From NCBI RefSeq assembly GCF_041146345.1, contig NW_027191407.1, positions 496,001-560,000 of the forward strand: a DNA stretch of 64,000 nucleotides, in the 5' to 3' direction. A program made the position numbers and the translations under genes. This DNA is from Neodothiora populina (taxonomy: Eukaryota). Below are positions 49,486 to 61,776 of this stretch, piece after piece. The notes under the pieces were generated by a model. That model was not told where the DNA came from and ran no database searches. It was given only the letters and a program-made list of their open reading frames with translations. Each line of letters starts with the position of its first letter. Position 1 is the stretch's first letter.

Positions 49486-50811
49486 TCACAACTCGCTAGC
49501 TTGTGTCTTGCCCTCTAGCAACGCATCTGCATCGAACCCTACATCCCTTAAGTCTTTAACTTTATCGCCGGGTCTGGTAGGGTCACCCGTGTCCTTTCTG
49601 CTCCCGTATGACCATTCCTTTTTCTTCTTCCCATCCAGGGCGTCCGCAATGTACTTGCCAATGATCGGGATCATCTTGAAGGCATGCCCACTGTCTCCAG
49701 TGGCAAGCAACAGCTCTCCACCAGGGTAAGCAGGATGTGTGTCAATCAGGTAGTGCGAGTCTGGTGAATCTGTACACCAACACGTCCTCGCTTCGAGGAG
49801 TGGTCGATCCGAGAATTGAGGAAGTACTGCATCTAGAAATGTTCTGATTCCCTTCTCTGCTTCCTCAGGGATAGTTTCTTCGGGGTGGTCAGACGCATAT
49901 CGCGGGATCGAGTATTTCGACGTCCGTCCTTTTTCATCTGTGAACTCTCCCTTCCTGTACTGGTAGCCCGGAAAAGCATTACAGATCTTGATCCATCGGT
50001 TTTCCTCATCTGGTTCAAACATGAAACCCAGCTCGTGGTTGTCTACGATAGGCATACCCTTGAACTGCTTGGCTTCTTCCTCGGTCAACTCGATATGTCC
50101 GAGTGTCCAGCATTTACTCCACAACTCCTTCGATAGCTCAGGCAATAGAGCCGGTGACGCGGCTCCAGTACAAAGGATATACCGATTAGCGGTCAACACT
50201 TCTCCACTAGCGACCTCGACACCCACGACTCTATCTCCTTCCGTCCTCAATCTCGTCATCGTACCTCCCGGACCCGAAACAAACTCAACACCCAGCTTCT
50301 GCGCCTCAGTCCCCATCTTCGTCAACGCATTTTTCGCATGCGCCCACCCAGCCTGTCGATTCCAAAGTCCCTTCCAAGTCTGCAGTCCTTTGGCATTGCT
50401 CAACTGAGGCACAAACTTGACAATTTCATCTTTGCCCTCGACAAACTCCACGTTGCCCTCGACTTGGCCTTCCTTCTTCAGGTTCTCGTATGACTTGCGT
50501 AAGTGCTCAACAGCTGCTGGATCACCGCATGTCGTCACAATCCAACCTGTCTCGTGGAAGATGCCTTTCCACAGTGGTGACGAACGCCACTCCCTTAATG
50601 CCTCGAGAGCGAGAGACGCGTACAGGGGCTCGTCGTACTCGGTTCTGATTATCTTGTTCAAGTCGTATGCAGCGCTGTCTATGCTGGGAAGAGGATTCTT
50701 GTCGATGGCTTTGATGGACTTGTACGATCCGTCTCGAAGGGCCAGGTGGTAGGCTGTGCTTGTACCGAAAGTGCCGCTTCCGATTATCAGCACTGATTTA
50801 TCTTCCTGCAT
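49486..50811 (-). CDS. FAD-dependent oxidase, fructosyl-amino-acid oxidase / sarcosine / pipecolate / saccharopine oxidase family
   Basis: IIGSGTFGTSTAYHL, SAAYDLNKIIR, AGWAHA, KCWTLGHI, CWCTDSPD, ATGDSGHAFKMIPIIGKY. Start MQEDK at 50811. Confidence 0.9.
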   Translation of the reverse strand: MQEDKSVLIIGSGTFGTSTAYHLALRDGSYKSIKAIDKNPLPSIDSAAYDLNKIIRTEYDEPLYASLALEALREWRSSPLWKGIFHETGWIVTTCGDPAAVEHLRKSYENLKKEGQVEGNVEFVEGKDEIVKFVPQLSNAKGLQTWKGLWNRQAGWAHAKNALTKMGTEAQKLGVEFVSGPGGTMTRLRTEGDRVVGVEVASGEVLTANRYILCTGAASPALLPELSKELWSKCWTLGHIELTEEEAKQFKGMPIVDNHELGFMFEPDEENRWIKICNAFPGYQYRKGEFTDEKGRTSKYSIPRYASDHPEETIPEEAEKGIRTFLDAVLPQFSDRPLLEARTCWCTDSPDSHYLIDTHPAYPGGELLLATGDSGHAFKMIPIIGKYIADALDGKKKKEWSYGSRKDTGDPTRPGDKVKDLRDVGFDADALLEGKTQASEL

Positions 50812-52378
50812 TGTATTCGTGGTTGCAATGTTGAGTTCCGTGTCTTGCTTTCTTATACAATTTAAATTTAGATGATGGCACAGGAGATGAACGTCCGCAA
50901 GGTGGAGTGCAGAGATACGAATGGCAGGCGATAGAGTCAAAGTTATGAACAGCAAGCAATAGAGCGATGGCCTTGATATGTTAAAAGGCAAGATGTGTCT
51001 TCGACACGATGCTTATGTGCACCACGTGTGATCGACTCAAACTCCGAATGAGACCCAATAGATTGATAGAGAGTAGAAACACTCAGTGGGGTAGCAGCGA
51101 TGCTACGCAGTAACGTGCAGTGTCGTGGCAGCAATCATGGAAATAGGTCATCTAACCTCCCAAGAGCAACAAATGTAAGATACATTAGGGTAAGATGATG
51201 TGATGAAGGGTGGACCTTCCCTCTTGATTCGCACCGACTGCGTACCTATCTCTGTATACCGATACACGCGTTAGATAAGGTAAGGCAGACAGGACCCCAC
51301 AGTACAGCTTCCAGATGTATTCGTGCTTGCTTGTGGCGACTCCTTGGAACCGGCGCTTAGATTTACATTGAACAGTGTCGTATGATTTTATATGTAAAAG
51401 TATATGCTCGCCTAAATGTCTAAAACTCTGGTCTATACACTGTCTTCTGATCGCTTCCTGTTGCTGTACTACGATGATATTTCTACCGCTGTTGTCGTTA
51501 AGGTACAGCACACCACACGTCACCTTGTGTCGTTCGAGAACTCCCGATTGTGTTTATATGCGACTGACGAGGTAGTCTTCAATTTTCTGATACGGCATCA
51601 TGTGGAGTCAGGCAAGGTGAACAAGAGAATCATTAATACTCCACAATGCTTGACTGTTACCAAGACCGAGGCTTAGTCTGCTTCGGACCGCATAAATTGA
51701 GGCTTGTTGAGCTTAGCTGTAGATAGGCCAACCTCTGCCATCTCCACTCTATGTTATTGGATACCTCACATATCGCACGGTGTACTGAACAGTGCTACGA
51801 ACAGTCGTGTATACATCATGTCTTGAATTCGAACCCGGCTAAATACACTATAATCAGGAAGGTCAAAGCGAAGGAATCGATAAGACTTTTTGTCACATCA
51901 ATGTTCGTGCGGTTTGTACAGTAGTACAACCAAACAGCCAGATGGCAAAGACTACCTTTCCCTTGTCACGGGCAGACAGCAAGGTGTAACTGTACTCGCT
52001 GGAGTATATCATCCTAACCTGGCTTCTTAGCACGATACCGCTTGTACCTTCCTACGAAACAGAGTATGTACAGCCTTTCTGCCCACCGGCTGGACCTTTC
52101 TCGTGGTCCACCTCGATAATCCCTCGATGCATGCGGAGTTCCTATCTTGATACCCAGACCCAGGCGATGTAACAAGCTCTATGGGGCCGCTCACCTACAT
52201 TTGTGGAAGTCGGAGATACTATTCGTGATGGTCTGAGTTGTCGACATTGGCATATATAAAGTGACGAGGACACACCGCGTTGTGATGCTGGACATACCCT
52301 GATCCCAAAGCTGTGACCCGCCCTGGTCCTCCTTATTTACCTGTGAAAGTGTCATTGGTATCTGCCTCAACCACCAAC

Positions 52379-54876
52379 ATGCCTGCCATCGAAGTGTCGG
52401 CCAATCGGCCCGATGGCGATGTCGAGGTCGGCAAAGATGACAAAAACATATATACTGCATACGAAGCTGCCGACAAGCATGCTGGGGAGGTGAACAACCT
52501 GACTGAAACAGAAGCCACTGAGCTTGCCATCGAGGAAATCGACAAAGAATACTCAATTGATTCAGACAATTCGCCCTTTGCAGAAGTCCGTGCGAATGTG
52601 CCCAATACGGATGATCCTACCATACCAGTCTCGACCCTCAGGGCATGGCTGATAGGAATTGTGTTTACTACTCTGGGTTCGGGTATCAATCAGTTCTTCT
52701 CGATGCGGTATCCATCCGTCACAATCTCGAGCATCGTCGCTCAATTGCTGGCCTATCCGATTGGTTGCTTCCTTGCGAACATCCTACCTCTAAAGACCAT
52801 CAAAATCTTCGGCCGATGGGATTTTGTGATCAACACAGATCGCAAATTCAACATGAAGGAACACACCATCATTACCGTCATGTCAAACCTGTCATTCGGT
52901 GCTTCTTGGGCCACCGACGTCATTCAAGCTCAAAAGGCTTTTTACGGTTTCGATGTCCCTGTTGGATACCAGATCTTGCTCGGTCTGACAATGCAACTTT
53001 TCGGACTCGGTCTGGCGGGTCTCGCCTATCGCTTCATCGTCGAGCCTCCTCAGATGATATGGCCGTCGACTCTTGCGAATGCGGCATTGTTCCAGACTTT
53101 GCATTCACAGGCGAACCCTATCGCGAATGGTTGGAGGATTAGCAGATACAGGTTCTTCATCTATGTTTTTGCGGCTGGTTTCTGTTGGTGTAAGACTTTT
53201 TCCATGTATCTCAGGAGATACTGGGGTCTGACTATTTTCTAGATTGGTTCCCTGCATTCATCTTCACTGGACTAAGTACATTTGCTTTCATATGCTGGGC
53301 AGCACCAAGTAAGTTTAGTCCTCTGTGATATCGGCGCTGGACTGCTAGACTCATCACTGTACAGATAATACTGTGGTGAACAACCTCTTCGGTATGACAA
53401 CAGGACTGGGGTACTTACCTACTACTTTTGACTGGTCCCAAATTGCATACAATGGCTCTCCGCTGGTTGTTCCATTTTGGGCACAGGCAAATGTATTTGC
53501 TGGCTTTTTCACATTTATCGCGGTAGTGGCACCCATCCTGTACTACACCAATGTCTGGTACAGTGCTTATATGCCACTGTCCGGCAGCGACACCTACGAC
53601 AATACGGGCGCGGTATATAACGCCACCAGGATCGTAGATGCTGCCGGTAATCTCTTGCCTGATGAATATGCGAAATACTCTCCGATTTTCATGCCTGTCA
53701 CTTTTGCCATGGGCTACGGCATCAGCTTCGCGATCATGACTGCTGTGCCCGTCCACATCTTCCTTTACTTTTACAAAGACATCTGGCAAGCGTTCCGAGG
53801 CAAGCAGAGAAAAGATGTACACGCCAGGATGATGGATGAGACATACAGAGATGTACCTTGGTGGTGGTACGCTACCATGATAATGGTTGTTCTTGTGGTG
53901 ACAATCGTCGTGCAGGAGGTGTATCATACCGAGATGCCTGTATGGGCCGTGTTTCTAGCGTTTGGAATGGCGTTGTTCTGTGAGCCGACCGAAGTCTCGA
54001 TATGATGACTGCTTCGCTAATCTTCAATCAGACCTTATTCCTACCGGCACTGTCTACGCCATGGCGAATCTGACGACCAATGTGTTGACCGTTCTGGGCG
54101 AAATCATATCTGGGTACCTCCTACCAGGCAAGCCTGTCGTCATGCTTCTTTTCAAGTTCTATGCGTATACAGGCTTGTCGCAAGCGATGATATACTCGTC
54201 GGACATGAAGCTCGGCCTCTATATGAAGATTCCCAAGCGCACCCTCTTTGCTGCACAAGTTGTTGGGTGCATATGGGGAACGTTGTGCCAAAATGCAGTT
54301 CTACTATGGATGCTGGGCAATGTCGACGACATCTGCTCCTCTGATCAGCCCAATGGATACACCTGTCCTCAAGGTCGCGTCAACTTCAATAGTTCCATCA
54401 TCTGGGGTGCCATTGGCCCGGCCCGCATGTACAGCATCGGCAAGATGTACAGTGGACTCTTGCATCTGTTCTGGCTGGGAGCTCTGTTGCCCGTCATCAC
54501 ATTCTTCTTGACAAAACGGTTCCCTAATAACAAGTTCTTGAGAGCTATCAATTGGCCTTTGTTCTTCGCTGGCACAGCGAATGTTCCGCCCGCGACTGGT
54601 ATCAATTATACATCTGCTTTTGCGGTGTCCTTCATCTTCAATCGATGGATCAAAGGGAAATATGCGCAATGGTGGGCGAAGTACAACTATGTCCTTTCGG
54701 CAGCGCTTGACTCAGGTGTCGCTGTTGCTGGAGTCATCATCTTCTTCTGCGTGACTTTTCCGGGCGGGAAGTTGTCTTGGTGGGGAAACAACGTGTCTTC
54801 TACTACCGTAGATGGAAAAGGAACATCTTGGTATACTATTCCGGTCAACGGCACCTTTGGGCCCTCGACTTGGTGA
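52379..54876 (+). CDS. OPT-family oligopeptide transporter; introns 53190-53242, 53309-53364, 53980-54031
   Basis: DNSPFAEVRANVPNTDDP, TLRAW, NQFFSMRYP, FNMKEH, IWPSTL, SPLVVPFWAQAN, SDMKLGLYMKIP, IWGAIGP, KYNYVLSAALDSG, WWGN. Confidence 0.95.
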
Positions 54877-56054
54877 ATCGATACCCAGAGCAATCGCCAT
54901 AGTGATCCACAAGATCACATCTCGACAAGTCATACGATAGAGACGAGTCTTTCCACATCAAAACTTTCTTCATATGTCTTGGCAGATCGTGAGCATACGT
55001 GATGTGACACCACTTCAGATCAGTGATCCCGTCGACCATGGTCCTCTGTGGCACCGGAATGGGCACTCTTCGTGACCCTTCGCAGGATCACAAGGTCTTT
55101 AGGAACAAATTTTGAAGGAATCCGAAAGCATGGGACAAGACGACGCGGCGCAATCAAACAAATGATAGCCTAGCCTCTGCGCGTCCTTGGCTCAAGGTTC
55201 CTGGTGGTGGTTTAAGGATTGACCAAGCCTCCTGCACGTAATTTCAATCTCTCGCACCACGTGTAAAGCGAAGCAGAGAAGAGAAAGGATCGTCAGCTTC
55301 CATGCCTGCTACTGCAGATCTATATCCTGGCTCCGAATGTCGGAAGTGACAGACAAGAAGAACAAAGCATTCTTTGCCCTCGAATAAGCGCTGCCAGAGC
55401 ATTATCCTCGGCCCGAGCATACCTTACTTGTTATACACGCTCCTTGTGTGAGGCCAGATATACTTGTAGCAACAGGGCAAGTACTGTACGTCAAATGCCG
55501 CGAACATCTACCCAACCCCCACATCTACTTGCGCATACCTTACTGTACATGAAACCCCTCAGGCCTATGATGCAAGTTGATTGAGGTTCCCCCGCAGGTG
55601 CCGCTTTTCGAACATGCGCCAATGATGTATGCGGTTTTGTTCTCATCCGATCTTTGCCCTAGATTGGTTCTCGGGCTTGGTTGCTATATGCAGAGTAGGT
55701 TATTATGTGGAGTTCTACTGAACGTGGAGCGCATTAGCGAATGTGCGGGGAGATTGTGGTCGTGTTTTTGACTCGCCTTAAGGGTTGTTGCACCTGCATC
55801 ACCTTATACATCCCTGTGTGTCTTTATTGATGGGGGTTAAATGACGATGCCTTCCCGCGAGCATGGAAGTACGGTCCTTGTGCCAAAGTGCATGAGCCAT
55901 GGAGGATCGAAGGACGAGCGGGTGCTAGCCTTTCGCGCCGCGTATAGTAAATGACAGTAGTACAAATACCTCTGTCGCGGCTGCTTCTGTTTCGTGAGGT
56001 GTCTCTGTTGCTCTAGCCTACTTAGAGACATTCTATAGCTACAACAGCAGCATA

Positions 56055-57731
56055 ATGCGTGTCTTCCAGTCGAGTGTTGCCCTCTTGGCGGCGCTTCTTG
56101 TCTCTCATGCCGCACAGAGTGCTGCCGCAGCAACGAGCTGCCCAGATCTACGATCGACTCTCTCTTTCACCGACCTGAACGGGACCGTGATACGGTCGGA
56201 GTACATCCCTGCCTGGACTAACGTCACTGTCGGCGGCGAGCAAGGCCTCTGGTGCATGAACTACACAGTCCCCGAGGTAGACATCTGTCGCGTTACACTG
56301 AACATAGGCACGAGTCCTCAGTCCAATACCTTCGTCGAGGTTTGGCTGCCAAGTGGATCAGGCGACGATGCGTGGAATGGACGATTCCTGAGTACTGGAG
56401 GCAGCGGACTGAGCGGTTGCGTCGATTATGGCGCTATGGTTTACACGTCGAGTCTCGGCTTCGCTGCCACAGGTGATAACAGCGGGCACAATGGCACTGC
56501 TGGCAACGGAACAGCATTCTTGAACAACAACGACGTCGTTATCGATTTCTCCTACAGGGCGCGCCACTCGGCTGTCCTTGCCGGCAAGATCATTGTCCGA
56601 CAGTTCTATGGAGAGCCACATAACAAGTCTTACTATTACGGGTGCTCAACAGGCGGCAGACAGGGTCTCAAGGCTGCGCAGATGTTTCCTAACGACTTCG
56701 ACGGCATCATCGCAGGCGCACCTGCTTCTGACTTTAACCATCTGGCGTCGTGGTCTGGCCACTTTATCACTCTCACAGGCTTGAATGAGAGTGATCCGCG
56801 CTGGCTGGGTGTCACCGAATGGACGGCCGTGCATGCTGAGGTCCTCAAACAGTGTGATCCTCTGGACGGAGTCTTAGATGGTATCCTCGAGGACTCGAGC
56901 ATCTGCAACTTCAACCCAGAGACAATTTTGTGCAGTCGAACAAACTCGACCGGCTGTCTGACTCCCGAGCAAGCTCACGCTGTCAGGGAAGTCTTCTCTC
57001 CCGTGTATGGTGTGAATGGATCCTTCGTCATGCCGCGTCTCTCTCCTTCCGCCGAGCTTGCTGCGTTCCTCGGCATGGGCTTCGGCGCCCTCGCAGGTGG
57101 TCTCGTGGGTCCTGGTCCTCAATGGTATCAGAACGTAATCTACAACAACACGTCTTGGGATCCCACCACGTTCAATGCGCTAGATATCGCATACGCCGAC
57201 TCACTCGACGCACAGCACGGTTACGTGTCATCCTTCTATGGCGACTTGTCTGCTTTCCGCGCTGCCGGTGGCAAGCTGATCTCATACCACGGCGGTGCCG
57301 ATCCCGTCATCCCTGGCGAGCAGGCAATGCGCTACTACAACCATGTGGCGTCGACTATGAATGCTTCGCACACCGACCTCGACGGGTTTTTCCGCCTCTT
57401 CAGGATTAGTGGTATGGGTCACTGTGAATCCGGCAACGGCGCCTGGGCCTTTGGGCAGACCATCGACGCCAGAAATGCATCGACTGCTATACTCTTGGAT
57501 CTTGTCGATTGGGTGGAGAAAGGCGAGGCCCCGGAAGTTATGGTGGGTACCAAGTTTGTGAACGACACAAGCGCAGATGGTATTGAGTTTGAGAGGCCAC
57601 ATTGCCGATATCCTTATAGGACAACCTTTAAGGAGGGCAATCCGAACATCACGTCGAGCTGGGGTTGTGAATACATCGAGGACTGGAACGTTTGTGGTGG
57701 ATCATCTGATAGACTACCGAAACTCTGCTGA
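56055..57731 (+). CDS. Secreted tannase / feruloyl esterase (type B/C family)
   Basis: Signal peptide. WNGRFLSTG, YYGCSTGGRQG (catalytic Ser), FDGIIAGAPA, CDPLDGVLDG, YHGGAD, GMGHC (CS-D-HC motif), WVEKG..P, RPHCRYP. Confidence 0.95.
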   Translation: MRVFQSSVALLAALLVSHAAQSAAAATSCPDLRSTLSFTDLNGTVIRSEYIPAWTNVTVGGEQGLWCMNYTVPEVDICRVTLNIGTSPQSNTFVEVWLPSGSGDDAWNGRFLSTGGSGLSGCVDYGAMVYTSSLGFAATGDNSGHNGTAGNGTAFLNNNDVVIDFSYRARHSAVLAGKIIVRQFYGEPHNKSYYYGCSTGGRQGLKAAQMFPNDFDGIIAGAPASDFNHLASWSGHFITLTGLNESDPRWLGVTEWTAVHAEVLKQCDPLDGVLDGILEDSSICNFNPETILCSRTNSTGCLTPEQAHAVREVFSPVYGVNGSFVMPRLSPSAELAAFLGMGFGALAGGLVGPGPQWYQNVIYNNTSWDPTTFNALDIAYADSLDAQHGYVSSFYGDLSAFRAAGGKLISYHGGADPVIPGEQAMRYYNHVASTMNASHTDLDGFFRLFRISGMGHCESGNGAWAFGQTIDARNASTAILLDLVDWVEKGEAPEVMVGTKFVNDTSADGIEFERPHCRYPYRTTFKEGNPNITSSWGCEYIEDWNVCGGSSDRLPKLC

Positions 57732-57905
57732 TAGGAGAAGTCTAAGAATCTCAGACGTGTTGGCCGATCATGTGTATATGCAAAGCGGCTACAATATAAT
57801 ATTTGCTTCTGCATTCGAAGAGATTGTTCTATACGCCTTGAAATTAGGCACACCATTGTTCTAAACACCTCCACTTGAGAGGGTTGTTTTGAGATACAGT
57901 CTCAT

Positions 57906-59890
57906 TTAGCAAATGTAAACAGGGAACTTGCTCTCCTCAAACTCAGCAGGCAAAGCGGCAACATCCGGCTGCGCTACAACATGTAATCTCTGCCAACACA
58001 TGGCCCGTAAAAACATCGCGAGCCAGCCACATTGAATGATTTCGCCGGTGGGAATATTGTTGGTAGATGGGTGCGTGTCTGAAGAACTTTGAAGTCGCAC
58101 TTGCCAGTCTGCTCTGATTTTGTCGCCGAACTCTGAAAGCCCTGTGAACAATCTCTGCACTCTCATCGTGTCTGTGGGAAGATTCTCCGACGCGATCTTG
58201 CACATGAGGACTAAATGCCCACCTACAAGATCCCGATATCTCCCAGCACGAACGACTGCATTCGTTGCAAGTATTCCATCAATTGCTTGAAACGCGTCAA
58301 ACAATTTTTGTGTTTCGCTTGGACTATAGAAGTTCATGTCATCTTCAAGCGAGGGAAGTCGGGCTTCGATGGGAGGACTAGGTCGATTGAGATCGCGAGC
58401 AAGATGTTCGCACTGTGTCAATATCAGTCTGGCCAACGCTGTAGCGTCATTTGCAGCGGTACGATTGACATAAGCGCTTAGGTGGTCTTTGAAGATGTCG
58501 AAAGACACACAGGTAAGACCTCTGGGCGAAGAGTTCGGCCATGGGATGATTGGTCTCTCCACAGTCGAGATGCCGAGAAAAGGGGTGAGAAATGGAATCA
58601 TGTCGTTGACTGGAGTCATCCGGTTTGTCGCATCGGCGTTTGAGGCTGTTCTCAGGGCTGAGAGTACCACTTCACTAGACTGAGGACTATCCATCAAGCT
58701 GGGTAGTGTTGTTGCTGCATCCGGCAAATTGCCGATCAGAAAGTTGGAAGTCGTGAGTCCAAACAGTCTACCCCTCCCAATCCTGCCGAAACCAAGATCA
58801 TCTGCCATATGCATCGCACTTGTTCGCCGAATGATAGCTTGAGCGACAATGTCTTCATCGAGGATCGGATCTCGGACATAGTGTAAACACTGATGGACAC
58901 CAGATGAGCTATGAAAGCATCCATGAAGTGCTCGTCTGTACTTACTGTGCCTAGGCCACGAATGTCCGTGGATAATATGACTTGGTGATTGCCCTCTGCA
59001 AGAAAGATCCCTTTGCTTGGTTCGAATTGCTTCCAGGTCATTCCGAGGCGTCTCGCAATGATAGCGATTGTGGAGACATTGGTGAGAGCAAGGGGCCTTA
59101 CCACATCTGATGGAACAAAATCCCATGACCGCGACATAACGTCCACCCTAGGACATCTTAGGTGTTGATGGTGATCCTGTGCATGGATTGCATCGTGGTA
59201 TAGGTGAGGTACGGTGCGACGACGAGAATGCTAAGAAGTCAATATCGTGTACGCAGATCGACATCTTCCACACGATCGTACCAGATCATGCAAGGCCAGA
59301 TATTGCAACATGTAGACCTGGACAATCATGTCAGTGCACGAGCAACGCATGATATGCTTCGAAGATCCCGACCCAGCCAACTAGCTCACCATGCCCATCT
59401 GCATCACGGAGGCCTTTGTCAGCAGTCACCTGCACAGCCTGGAGGTCCGGCTGGTCGATAAACGGTGGAATGGCACGAGAGCCTGAGGGTTCCAAGGCTT
59501 GCGAAGTAAGTGAGAGGCGAGGAACTGCGTAGATCGTCTCGAAGCGAAACTCCTTCCAGCGCCATCTCATTCGTGTTCGCCTTGCCCCTGACAACATCAA
59601 TTGAGAGGCTGAATGCCACTTTAAAACAGTGGAACATACATGGACCCATCACGGATGGTTGGCATTGGCGATATCCATCTAAGGGACCGTTCTCAGGCAG
59701 GTCCATCATCATTGCCGATACGACTGGACTCACCAGCAGTAGCGAAATACTGTTGTAACACCTGGGCTGTGGTAATGATAAGCGCCTGGTATCTTCGTCA
59801 GTGTTGCTGTTACCGTCGAGGGTGACTCGTAAGAGTACATACCATCGCCGAAACGATAAGCGCGACTAAAGATACATCATCGACAGTCAT
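57906..59890 (-). CDS. Modin-like protein (7 inferred exons)
   Basis: Six GT-AG introns give MTVDDVSLVALIVSAMALIITTAQVLQQYFATADGYRQCQPSVMGPWARRTRMRWRWKEFRFE...ELVGWVYML...RSWDFVPSDVVRPLA...ARRLGMTW...AEGN...RGLG...WLAMFLRAMCWQRLH...SKFPVYIC. These match motifs I recall from fungal proteins annotated as modin. Confidence 0.7.
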
Positions 59891-61776
59891 TATGTCGAGA
59901 TCTGTCGAGTCTGTTTCTCAAATGACCCGGACTCAAAGGATATATATACTTACACAACAGCTTTCCAGGTGATGCTCGAGGAGGCCACTTTACCGTATAC
60001 CATGCTGGCCAAGCCATTGGTCGCGCCTTCCACGATTGAAGCAACGACTCCTCACCTACCGTACTTTCCACAACTACGCGAATGCGTCGCGTGTCATTGT
60101 ATTGTATGTAAAGCTACAAGGAGACTTGTCCGGGATCTTCTTGCCAAGATGTGTCACAAACGTAGAAATGAAATGGAAGACTCAGAGTCAACAACACGTC
60201 AAGATAAGGCCGGTACGTCAGTGCCTTGGGACGGATACGGCGACAGTCTGTACCTTGCCTTTTCGACCATAAGGGCAACACTAAGGTACCTGACGCTGCT
60301 CGAATGGCCCATTGAGGCGTCCTCTCATGACCTTGCCGGTTCTGTGTTGTGTCCGAAGGGATTATTTCCACACCAAGCATATCGAGGCCATAACACATAG
60401 GACCACGATTCATCTCACAGCCCCACTATAATCAGGGTCTGTACCACCCGATATGAGCTACACGTAGCACACATACAATGGACGACTTCTCCTCGACTCA
60501 ACTTCACACCGATGCAGTATAGATAGCAGTTCCACGCCGGAGACTTCCCGGTCCATTCGAAAAGAGCGCTGTCAAACATGTATATATCTCTGTCGTGTCA
60601 TTGGATAGGTCTTTTCTCTCGTGAACATGTGGAGGGGCTCTGCTTTGCTGACCCTCCGTTGTGTTCCCGGCTGCATTCGCCAAGATTTGTTTTCCAACGG
60701 TTATGAATAAGGTTTGCACGCCATGAAAATAAGATTACACCAACAAGCACCAATTTGACTTGCAAATAGATTGTGGCTGCCCCTCAACGTGGGCTGAACA
60801 GCATCATCATGAACGATGAGTCGAGTCCCCCTAATCCTTCACCGTTGACGATGAGACAGCCATCAAATGAACTCCTATGTTACACGAAGGGAGTCAGCAT
60901 GCTCTCCCTCGAGTAAACGAGTTTGTGAGATTCTCCATGCACGCATGGCGCAGGATCTAGATGCAGCTGGCAATCTCAACCACACGTACTGTAGATACGC
61001 ATGGGCGTCGACAGAGATCGCCCTGCCTTATCGCTTATTAGGTAGGCAGATCATCTGCGTTGGCCACTGCTGCAGCATCGTTGGGCGCCGCACCCCTGCT
61101 CATTTCTCGTACCTCTATCTCAGCACCAGCACCAGCAGCATCAGCTCTGGCTAACCGTTGCGATCGAGGGTGTTGGTTCGGACTGGCTATATTTCTCTTC
61201 GAGTGTTTGACTTTCTGAGACACTTCGCCGACCATGGTTCGGCCGTGCCCGGGGCTTGCGTACGCTGCGCATTCCTTCGCAACAAGGCAAGGGCCGACCT
61301 CGTACTCTGGTACAGTGGTATAGTGAGGTGGGATGCACTAACTGTACAACAGGTAAGGTCAGCGCTAGCACTTGGCGCCACTCGTACACAGCTCCGGTAT
61401 ACGATGATTTCCAGTCAGGCAAGGCGACTTGCTCAGTGTGTAGTGCGCAATTGTGCCTCTTGACGAACCCCGGGCTACGGTTCATCCACAGATCCGCTTT
61501 TAAACAAGAAACGGCGAGACAAGGGAGAATTGCAATAATAATAATAACCACCACCGTAAAGGTAGGCGCACAGCCGGTCCTTGACATTTTAAGTTTTGTT
61601 TATGTTCTCAGCCTCCCCTTCGATTCCTCTTCCATTGTTTTTCCTTTCTTCTGCATAATATCACGCTGGTCCCTCGGTCTGAGCGCTTCCGCCATCACCT
61701 GTTGTGCGCCGGCGTTCATAACAATCTCATACCCTAATCGCAAATTCAGTCCGGTTGTCACACACCGTCCGTCAAC

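Noticed and set aside
51822..51840. B-box/T-loop-like GGTTCGAATTC on the minus strand suggesting a tRNA
   Set aside because: Flanks do not form a T-stem or acceptor stem, and no cloverleaf could be built.
59331..59333. Apparent premature TGA in the modin-like gene
   Set aside because: It falls within a plausible 55-nt intron (GTCGGG...cactgac...CAG) whose removal restores the frame.
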